This document shows, in pieces, positions 36,830 through 44,177 of a stretch of DNA of 54,651 nt (its first letter is position 1; the number at the start of each line of letters is the position of its first letter). The position numbers and the translations under genes are program-made. Source of the stretch: Chitinophagales bacterium (GTDB lineage Bacteria > Bacteroidota > Bacteroidia > Chitinophagales > JANQFB01); assembly GCA_028278085.1 (NCBI GenBank), contig JANQFB010000323.1:1-54651 (forward strand). The letters run 5' to 3'. A model generated the notes under the pieces. The model saw only the letters and a list, made by a program, of their open reading frames with translations. It searched no databases and had not been told where the DNA came from.

Positions 36830-37034
36830 GGTCTTCGTTGTTTTAAAGGTTAACGTTGTTTTTATTTTGGTTTGCAGCCATGATATACCTTTTTAACGCC
36901 TGCAAAAGACATTTTGATCGGTCTTAGTGATAAGCTCCGGGTATTTTGTGACAAAACCAGGCAACCGGTGGATGAAATCTAATCTACCGCAATGAAGAAA
37001 ATAGTCTGAGGATGATCAAACAAGCAGGTATAAA

Positions 37035-37077
37035 AAAATAAAAGCCGACCCGTTTTTACGAGCCGGCTTCATTCGGC
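37035..37077 (-). terminator. Copy 1 of a 43-bp exact repeat; terminator hairpin downstream of the thioredoxin-fold gene
   Basis: Its sequence, AAAATAAAAGCCGACCCGTTTTTACGAGCCGGCTTCATTCGGC, is identical to 39415-39457. On the minus strand it reads AAGCCGGCTCGTAAAAACGGGTCGGCTT followed by TTATTTT. Confidence 0.65.
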
Positions 37078-37084
37078 GTTTCTT

Positions 37085-37594
37085 TTAATTGCTCTTTAGG
37101 GTAAGAGCTTTATCTTTCTTATAGGTAATTAGTTTTTTGGCTTCCGCAAGGTTATTCAATTTAACGGGTTCTTCACGGATAATTTTTCCATTTTGAGTAG
37201 TGATGAGGTGATGAGATTGAATGGCAAGCGGGCTGTGGATAAGAGAGCGATCGTTATCCCATAATATTTTGGGACTTTGCGCCAAACCGTTTAATAAAGG
37301 ATCATTGGGCATCGCATAGGTGGAGAGTATTACTGATACATGATCTGATATGCCGGCAGTATCTTTACAGGTGTTGATTAGTGTTTTATAACAATATCGA
37401 CAACTGCCTTCTGTAACGACAAGCCAATAGTGTGGGGCCTGGCTCGGAATTACCTTTTGATAACCGGCGAGAAATTCCTGCAACAGGGTGGTACGGTCTT
37501 TTGGTTTGCTTTGGTTGTTGAATATCAGAAAGCCACCCAAAAAAAGTAAAATGCCTCCCGGTAGAATGCCTTTATACAAAAATTGTTTCCTCAT
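37085..37594 (-). CDS. Membrane-anchored thioredoxin-fold protein with a CxxC motif
   Basis: 169 aa. An N-terminal TM (GILPGGILLFLGGFLIF) is followed by YWLVVTEGSCRYCYKTL (beta strand plus CxxC) and later LITTQNGKIIRE, a typical TlpA/thioredoxin-like layout. Its start overlaps the upstream gene's stop by 4 nt. Confidence 0.5.
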   Translation of the reverse strand: MRKQFLYKGILPGGILLFLGGFLIFNNQSKPKDRTTLLQEFLAGYQKVIPSQAPHYWLVVTEGSCRYCYKTLINTCKDTAGISDHVSVILSTYAMPNDPLLNGLAQSPKILWDNDRSLIHSPLAIQSHHLITTQNGKIIREEPVKLNNLAEAKKLITYKKDKALTLKSN

Positions 37595-38757
37595 AAGGTT
37601 GAGTTTTGATTGGTAAGTGAAAATATTTTAAATTTCAGTGCATCTCTTTTATCACCTTCTTCTTTCATCACCTTTGGGTGATTCAGGCTTACGGCTAATC
37701 CTTGCGGACAGACAAAAACATTAGAATAGCGATAGGTCTTTGCAGGCATGTATTTTTCCGTTAAAATATTAAGACTACTATCAAGCACTAATATGGACCA
37801 TGGAGCATCCATGCGCAAAACACCTCCCTCAATATTCTTTTTATCCTGCGGATGTATAGCAATCCTGTAATATATCTTTTTATAGGGGTTGTAAAGCAAA
37901 CGGTTATAGTGACCCAAGGAATTGGCATATTCAAAGGTATTGGTACTGTTATCAAATGCTGGAAAATTATATTGCAGCAAATATTTGCTAGGGACATTTA
38001 CCGTATCTATAGGTTGTTTATAATTATATCGGTAAAGTTTATGGTCTACAGGGTAGGATAATATGGAACTGCCATTTTGATGCACTAATGCGCTTTGCTG
38101 GATACCAGTAAGATGGTATGTTTCATCCTGATAGGCTTCAGGATACCGGCCATAAGTGCACAGGATTCGTTTTTGAGCCATATCAATGATCATCTGAGGA
38201 CGAGTATCGGCATATGCTGCAATGGATTTCACCTTGACAATATGACCAGCCCATATTAATGGCGGATACCAGGTTATTGGATTCCGAAGATGGGAATAAA
38301 CGTACCACCCTGAATCCGGAGCTGTATCTGTAGGACCGTCCATTAACCAATAGTCTTTTATAGCAAGGGAAGTGTCGATAACCAGTAACAGATTAGTATA
38401 ATGCCCGCATAGGAGGATAGAATCAGTATTCCGGATGTTCATGCCCGACCAATAGGTATCGAAAGCTAATTGGCGCAAATTGAGAGAAAAAAAGGGCTTT
38501 CCTTCAGGCCAACTCCAAGCCATAATCCGGTGCTTCTCTTTGAACAAAGCGGCCAGGTATGATTTGCCATTTTGCTGGAAATATTGTAATTGATTAGCTT
38601 TAAAATCTCCAAGAGATGAAACAGGTAATATCACAGTATCTCCTTTCTGCAAAATCCATTCGCTTGAAGAAGACTGATAGATCGTAATACTGGTCAAACC
38701 AACAACTACCAGGGCACATAGCACCCAGTAAACATACTTATTCATCGTATGAAACAA
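37591..38757 (-). CDS. Hypothetical membrane-anchored protein, possibly a 6-bladed beta-propeller (DUF4221-like)
   Basis: 388 aa. An N-terminal anchor (YVYWVLCALVVVGLTSITIY) is followed by a W/Y-rich beta-type sequence. The size and context recall Bacteroidota DUF4221 / BF3164-type propellers. This assignment is from memory only. Confidence 0.35.
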   Translation of the reverse strand: MFHTMNKYVYWVLCALVVVGLTSITIYQSSSSEWILQKGDTVILPVSSLGDFKANQLQYFQQNGKSYLAALFKEKHRIMAWSWPEGKPFFSLNLRQLAFDTYWSGMNIRNTDSILLCGHYTNLLLVIDTSLAIKDYWLMDGPTDTAPDSGWYVYSHLRNPITWYPPLIWAGHIVKVKSIAAYADTRPQMIIDMAQKRILCTYGRYPEAYQDETYHLTGIQQSALVHQNGSSILSYPVDHKLYRYNYKQPIDTVNVPSKYLLQYNFPAFDNSTNTFEYANSLGHYNRLLYNPYKKIYYRIAIHPQDKKNIEGGVLRMDAPWSILVLDSSLNILTEKYMPAKTYRYSNVFVCPQGLAVSLNHPKVMKEEGDKRDALKFKIFSLTNQNSTL

Positions 38758-38793
38758 ATCAAGATGATTGCCTAGACAATCAATCTAATAAAT

Positions 38794-39324
38794 TTAGTTG
38801 CTATAGTTTGGGCGGTCGAAAGGGTTTTTTGCGTCCATATAAACGATGTGAAAGTGTTTCAGGTTGAACTCAGGATCGTTTTGAAAGTTCTTTATGGTAG
38901 TTACATTGCTAATAATGTCTTTGAATTGTTTTATAGGCAATGGGCATATACGCTGAGCTTCACCGGATCGATATAGATCATTTATGGTACCATTGTTTAC
39001 TGCATTGATAAAGGTATTGACATCAGACGGGAGAGGATCTTTTTGAGCAACTTCGGGAGATACGACAGCGCAGCCATCGGCAGGCGGAAAGCAATCACCG
39101 GCTTCACCCACCAGGCCATTCCATTTCTGGACTTCCATGGTTTCTGTTGTAACGCTTGGGCTATTATTATTTCCCTTTTTAAAGTCACCGGTTACAGTGT
39201 AGTCCGAATGTGATAGAGTCGTATTTGAGGATGCAGGAAGCACTTCTTGTTTTTTGTTACATGCACTGGCTATACAAAGGCATACAATTAAAATGCTCAT
39301 GTTTGTTCTCATCAAGGTTGTCAT
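38794..39324 (-). CDS. Hypothetical lipoprotein
   Basis: 176 aa with the lipobox SILIVCLCIASAC and a Cys pair GDCFPPADGC. I recognise no family. Confidence 0.5.
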   Translation of the reverse strand: MTTLMRTNMSILIVCLCIASACNKKQEVLPASSNTTLSHSDYTVTGDFKKGNNNSPSVTTETMEVQKWNGLVGEAGDCFPPADGCAVVSPEVAQKDPLPSDVNTFINAVNNGTINDLYRSGEAQRICPLPIKQFKDIISNVTTIKNFQNDPEFNLKHFHIVYMDAKNPFDRPNYSN

Positions 39325-39414
39325 AATTTAGTTTTTGGGTTTGAAAGAAAATCTTTGAACGGTCGAAACTAATAAATATTATTATATACACAAAAAATAA
39401 TGTAATATTTTTAT

Positions 39415-39457
39415 AAAATAAAAGCCGACCCGTTTTTACGAGCCGGCTTCATTCGGC
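39415..39457 (-). terminator. Copy 2 of the 43-bp exact repeat and terminator hairpin
   Basis: It is identical to 37035-37077. It lies between the 50-aa ORF (stop at 39546) and the lipoprotein gene (start at 39324). Confidence 0.65.
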
Positions 39458-39545
39458 ATTCTCCACAACAATTTTAATATCTCTTCAGGTTTTCCTAGCT
39501 AATGGGCTACCTGTTTTATATGGTTTATCAGCAATTATTATCAGA

Positions 39546-39698
39546 TCATTCGACTACCAGGGCTATCTCAACACTTTCTTCGGCAGCGCTTTCTTTAGCA
39601 GCCTGGGTATTTTTTACCATTGCGATATAACAAAAAACTACTGCTGCAACGATCAATAATTTTGCCGCATCTTTCCATAAACTTTTCCATGCTTCCAT
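39546..39698 (-). CDS. Unannotated 50-aa single-pass membrane peptide with a strong Shine-Dalgarno site
   Basis: This ORF is not in the supplied track (under 60 aa). It encodes MEAWKSLWKDAAKLLIVAAVVFCYIAMVKNTQAAKESAAEESVEIALVVE. It is preceded by AAAAGGAGGAATC-ATG (GGAGG at 39703-39707). The terminator repeat lies about 90 nt downstream. Confidence 0.45.
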   Translation of the reverse strand: MEAWKSLWKDAAKLLIVAAVVFCYIAMVKNTQAAKESAAEESVEIALVVE

Positions 39699-39979
39699 GA
39701 TTCCTCCTTTTTGGTTTTATTGAATAGTTGATCAAAGTAGATCTTTTTCATTTTTGTCGTTGCAATGGGTTTTAATCAACTATCGTGCCAAAAAGTTTTG
39801 ATCGGAAGCTTGTCTCTTTAATCGTTCGTTATCGAACCAACTGTATAAAGAACGTAATGGATCGAACATTATTATAGACTGATCATTTTTAAAAAGGTTT
39901 AATTGGCCAACAAAAAAATTTACCCGAGACCCGGTTTACGTTAAAAAGGCCTATAAAGTGGGCTGATTATTTTAATTTT

Positions 39980-40118
39980 GAGGTTGTCTCAATAGCCGAT
40001 AAATTGACAAAAATTTGACAAATGTGTTTATTAACCCATCCCTACCCTTCCATAGGAAGGGAATAGGGGTGTCAAATTTTTGTCACAATAACCAATCCGT
40101 ACCATTTGAGACAGCCTT
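39980..40118. repeat. Nested imperfect inverted repeat (~139 bp) upstream of the GT2 gene
   Basis: Outer arms are AGGTTGTCTCAA (39981-39992) and TTGAGACAGCCT (40106-40117). Middle arms are an exact 16-mer, TGACAAAAATTTGACA (40005-40020) and TGTCAAATTTTTGTCA (40070-40085). The core hairpin is CCCTA-CCCTTCC-ATA-GGAAGGG-AA-TAGGG (40040-40068). Confidence 0.7.
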
Positions 40119-40161
40119 TAGCCATGGCTCCGCTGACCCATACATTAATTAAACGGCTATC

Positions 40162-41319
40162 ATGACAGCAGCACCCCTCGACCTCAGTGTGGTAATGCCA
40201 TGTCTCAATGAAGCAGAAACGCTGGGTATTTGTATCGAAAAGGCCCGGCAAAAAATGGCCGAACTCGGTATCCATGGGGAAGTATTGATCGGCGACAACG
40301 GCAGTACCGATGGATCCATAGCCATTGCCGAGCAAGCGGGAGCAAGGATCGTTCATGTGGCTGAAAAAGGATATGGTAATGCCCTTTATGGCGCCATACA
40401 GGCAGCTAAGGGAAAATACATCCTCATGGGCGATGCGGATGACAGCTATGATTTCGGGGAGCTGGATAAATTCTACCACACCCTTGAAAAAGGATATCAC
40501 CTGGTGATGGGATGCCGGCTACCTTGGGGGGGAGGAACGATCAAAAAAGGTGCTATGCCGTGGTTGCACCGGTATTTGGGAAACCCGGTAATCACCCTGA
40601 TCGGAAAAATCTTCTTTAACTCGGGCGTCAATGATTTTTATTGTGGTATGAGGGCTTTTACCCGGGAAGCCATCGATCGGATGAACCTGCAGGCCGATGG
40701 TATGGTGTTCGCCACGGAAATGGTGATCAAAGCCGAATTGTACAACATGAAAATTGCGGAGGTTCCCATAACCCTGCATCCTGACGGGCGCACCGGCAAA
40801 CCGCATCTGCGGACCTGGCAGGACGGCTGGCGTACGTTAAAGTTCCTGTTGATGATGTCACCCCGGTGGTTGTTCCGGATCCCCGGCATCGTTCTGATCA
40901 TTCTTGGTGCCATCCTCAGCGCAATTACGGCTTTTCGTCAATTTCAGATCGGTGGCATTGTGCTGGATGTACACACCTACCTGGTCGCGGCGGTTATGAT
41001 CATTATCGGCTACCAAGCCCTGCTTTTCTCCCTGTTCGCACAGAAATTCGCCACCACCATTGGGATATATCCCCGGCATCAACAGCCGAAAAGCTGGAAT
41101 ATCGACCATTTTATCCTGCTGAGCATCCTGGCTATGATCATCGGCATGGTGCTCATCGCCTACCAGTTCTTCGATTGGGCAGGGGGCCAATTCGGCCTGC
41201 TCGATTATGCCGAATCGATGCGGCGCATTATTCCCGGAGCCTTATTTACCATTCTTGGCTTCCAGACTTTTTTGGGTAGCTTTTTTATGGGTGTGCTGGA
41301 TCTGAAAAAGAAACCTTAA
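40162..41319 (+). CDS. Family 2 glycosyltransferase with a C-terminal multi-pass membrane domain
   Basis: 385 aa. GT-A motifs are present (LSVVMPCLNEAETL, GDNGSTDGS, MGDADDSYD). They are followed by four hydrophobic segments. Confidence 0.85.
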   Translation: MTAAPLDLSVVMPCLNEAETLGICIEKARQKMAELGIHGEVLIGDNGSTDGSIAIAEQAGARIVHVAEKGYGNALYGAIQAAKGKYILMGDADDSYDFGELDKFYHTLEKGYHLVMGCRLPWGGGTIKKGAMPWLHRYLGNPVITLIGKIFFNSGVNDFYCGMRAFTREAIDRMNLQADGMVFATEMVIKAELYNMKIAEVPITLHPDGRTGKPHLRTWQDGWRTLKFLLMMSPRWLFRIPGIVLIILGAILSAITAFRQFQIGGIVLDVHTYLVAAVMIIIGYQALLFSLFAQKFATTIGIYPRHQQPKSWNIDHFILLSILAMIIGMVLIAYQFFDWAGGQFGLLDYAESMRRIIPGALFTILGFQTFLGSFFMGVLDLKKKP

Positions 41320-41353
41320 GAGCCTATCCACATCGATCAGACCATGCACTGAT

Positions 41354-42253
41354 TCAGCCTCCATCCAACACAGCCAGGCCTATGCCGGTCTTGCCATAAT
41401 CGTTGCCGTTATACAGCATATATTGCTTGCCCTTATAATTAAACAAAAAAGGATAGCAAATGCTTTGACTGTCGAAACCCGATGCTGAAACACGGATCCC
41501 GGCTTCGTCATCTTTCCGGGTCCAGCGGATACCATCTTCCGATTCGGCATAGCCGATGCGGTAATATTGCCCGCGAAAGGCATACCACATTTTATACCGG
41601 CCTTGTTCTACCCGTACAAATGGCCGGGAAATACCTTCGCCGGGTTTCGCCTCGATCGCTAAATTCTTATCCCGTTCCCAATGTATGCCGTCATTGGAAG
41701 TGGCCGCTCTCAACGAATGACGGAACAGTTCCTTTTTTTGATCCCATTCCTGGAAGGTGCCATACCACATCCGGAATCGATCTTTTTCTCTCAAAACGAA
41801 GGGATAGGAAACGGATAGGTGATCAATTTCATCGATCTCAAATAAAGGATTTGTCTGATATCGTTCAAACATATTTCGGGATTCACGCCATACGGCCAAT
41901 CCGATCCGGTTTTGGAAAGGCAGGTGAGGGACCTGTTTCCAACCCATATAGTATAAATATTTATCCCCGTTGTGCTCCAGCAAACATCCTCCCGAAACAC
42001 CATCCTGGTCGAAGGCGCCGGGCTCGCCGTGGGTCAGCAAAGGATTTTTTCCAATCGCTACAACCTTATAATTATCGGCAAAATCAAGGTCAGCGTAGCC
42101 AAGAAAAGATCGGTTTTGAGCATCCCGGGTGCTGAAATAAATACGGATGATACCATTTCCTTTCGACTCAGCCATGGGATAGGAAGCATGGGTTTGCATC
42201 CAGGGATATTGCCTGTTCACCGAAAAAATTTCACCTATCTTGATCCATTTCAT
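41354..42253 (-). CDS. Beta-propeller glycosidase-like protein (GH32/43/130-like fold), function unknown
   Basis: The ORF extends to 42334, and the Met at 42253 (MKWIKIGEIF) is the likely start. Repeated W/Y-G blades (RIYFSTRD, YLYYMGW, FRMWYG, YKMWYAF, YMLYNGND) are typical of five-bladed propeller glycosidases found next to glycosyltransferases. Confidence 0.45.
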   Translation of the reverse strand: MKWIKIGEIFSVNRQYPWMQTHASYPMAESKGNGIIRIYFSTRDAQNRSFLGYADLDFADNYKVVAIGKNPLLTHGEPGAFDQDGVSGGCLLEHNGDKYLYYMGWKQVPHLPFQNRIGLAVWRESRNMFERYQTNPLFEIDEIDHLSVSYPFVLREKDRFRMWYGTFQEWDQKKELFRHSLRAATSNDGIHWERDKNLAIEAKPGEGISRPFVRVEQGRYKMWYAFRGQYYRIGYAESEDGIRWTRKDDEAGIRVSASGFDSQSICYPFLFNYKGKQYMLYNGNDYGKTGIGLAVLDGG

Positions 42254-42584
42254 GGGTTCTTCTGTTGGTGGATTTTGCTTTAAACCACCCCTCGTACCTG
42301 CTAAGATAAGATGCATTGAGCATATTGGAGGCATATCAAAAGCCTAAATAGCGTTTGGTATATCATTTGCGGGCATATAAGAGCAGCACCTATTTCATCG
42401 CAACCAAGTGTCATTGGAATCGTAAGCAACCCTTGGTATGAAATAATTTTGAGCCTTCTGGAAAAACCTTACCTTTCTTGTTACCATAGCTTCCCTATCT
42501 TGACATTTTTTTCCATACATGTTCAAGAAAGTAAATGGAATACAGATAAATGAACTTTACCGGAAAATCCGCAAATACCCTTTC

Positions 42585-44144
42585 ATGATGAAGAGAATAA
42601 TATTAGGGATCTACTGTTGCATTTTGGGGTATTGGGCCATGGCCCAGCCGAAGGCAAAATTGTCAAAATCCAATTACCATTTCGGATCGGTAAAAAAGTG
42701 GAAAAACCCACCGGCTCTTTTCCCGGTCAAAAATACCGGGAATGCCGACCTGGTTTTCTTACCCACCTTTCCGAAAAGGGATATCCTCGTACTACTGCCC
42801 CAAAAGCCAATCCCTCCCGGTGAATCAGCGACTATCAGCATACAATATTATACCCCGCAAACCGGCCCCTTTGACCGGCGTATCGAAATATATTCCAATG
42901 CAGGTGCCCGGCCCATCGTTCTGTCGATTACCGGGAATATTGTTTCCCTGGACCAGGAAGCGGATATTGCCTGCCCGGATGTCGGACCCAAGGATAATAT
43001 CCGTCGGCAGGTGAGAGCCTTTGACCAAAAGATCCTGGTCGTCGATAAAACTACGGGGATCCCTGTTCCCGGAGCGGATATACGGATCGTAGAGCAGGAA
43101 AAACAACAAACTTTCAAAACCGGCTCCGGCGGAATGGCGGATTGCGAACTGGACCTGGGTATGATCGAACTGTATGTCAGCAGGAGCGGGTATGAACCCG
43201 TTCACAAATCAGGATATATCAACAAAAATACCGGGTTGCTGACGATCGAACTGCTACCTTCCCCGGAGGAGCAACCGACCGACTTCGTTGTTCATACACC
43301 CAATGAACCGGACCATCCCCCGGAACCTGAACCTGCCGATCCCGAACCCACTCCGGCGGATCCTCCTGTAGCTGTGAAAACATCCGAAACGGCTGAAGAT
43401 AAAGATCCCCCTATACCGGTGGAAGCGCCGGGGTCAACCCCCCAAGCCCCGGATCCGGAGCCCGTTGATCCGGTGCCGGCAGTAACGGAAAATCCCAATA
43501 AAGAAGAACCTGAGCTTGAGCTCCCTGCTGCTGATCCCGAACCTCCTCCCGATATCATCGATGGCCGATTGTCTCCGGTCAGGTTTCATCCCAATAATAT
43601 CGTCTTCCTGATCGATGTATCCACCTCCATGCGGCCGGAAGATAAGCTTCCCCTGCTCAAAAAGTCGATGAAGCAACTGGCGGCCATTCTCCGGCCGGTC
43701 GACCGGATAACCCTTATTACTTATGCTACCGGAACAAAGATCGTGTTACCTACAACTACGGCTGATCAAAAAGACTCTATTTGTTTGATCATCGACAGCT
43801 TACAAGCCAAAGGAGTGACCAACGGCGTCAGGGGTTTGAATTTAGCCTATGAAGTGGCTGCCGCTCATTTTCTGCCTTCGGGAAACAACCAGATACTCCT
43901 GGCTACCGACGGCTTGTTCAAGGATCCCTATTTTTCCGAAAAGGACCTCATGAACCAAATTAAAAGCCAGGCAGCCCAACGGATCAAATTATCGGTGATC
44001 GGTTATGGGGACGATAAGGTAGCCATAAAAAGGATGCATAAAATGGCATACAACGGACAGGGACAATACCTGCAGGTACGCTCGGAAAATGACGACAGCA
44101 CCGTGCTGATCGATGAGATCAAAACCAATTCGAGGAAATTCTGA
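42585..44144 (+). CDS. Secreted multidomain protein: DUF1573-like, carboxypeptidase-regulatory-like, Pro-rich linker and von Willebrand factor A (VWA) domain
   Basis: The ORF opens at 42519, and the Met at 42585 gives the signal peptide MMKRIILGIYCCILGYWAMAQ. YHFGSV...V.NTGNADLV fits DUF1573. ILVVDKTTGIPVPGADIRIV is CarboxypepD_reg-like. A ~100-aa P/E/D-rich linker follows. The VWA MIDAS region reads IVFLIDVSTSM ... TDG. Confidence 0.65.
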   Translation: MMKRIILGIYCCILGYWAMAQPKAKLSKSNYHFGSVKKWKNPPALFPVKNTGNADLVFLPTFPKRDILVLLPQKPIPPGESATISIQYYTPQTGPFDRRIEIYSNAGARPIVLSITGNIVSLDQEADIACPDVGPKDNIRRQVRAFDQKILVVDKTTGIPVPGADIRIVEQEKQQTFKTGSGGMADCELDLGMIELYVSRSGYEPVHKSGYINKNTGLLTIELLPSPEEQPTDFVVHTPNEPDHPPEPEPADPEPTPADPPVAVKTSETAEDKDPPIPVEAPGSTPQAPDPEPVDPVPAVTENPNKEEPELELPAADPEPPPDIIDGRLSPVRFHPNNIVFLIDVSTSMRPEDKLPLLKKSMKQLAAILRPVDRITLITYATGTKIVLPTTTADQKDSICLIIDSLQAKGVTNGVRGLNLAYEVAAAHFLPSGNNQILLATDGLFKDPYFSEKDLMNQIKSQAAQRIKLSVIGYGDDKVAIKRMHKMAYNGQGQYLQVRSENDDSTVLIDEIKTNSRKF

Positions 44145-44177
44145 TCACGTGTTCGAAGCCATCAACTTTGCCAGGCC

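Noticed and set aside
40072-40500. 142-aa minus-strand ORF overlapping the GT2 start and the inverted repeat.
   Set aside because: It is antisense to a GT2 frame with unmistakable GT-A motifs. Its translation has no membrane or domain features.
41482-42283. Plus-strand ORFs (217 aa, 103 aa) inside the propeller-glycosidase-like gene.
   Set aside because: Their Arg/Pro/Ser-rich translations are typical of antisense frames. The minus-strand frame has repeated propeller-blade motifs.
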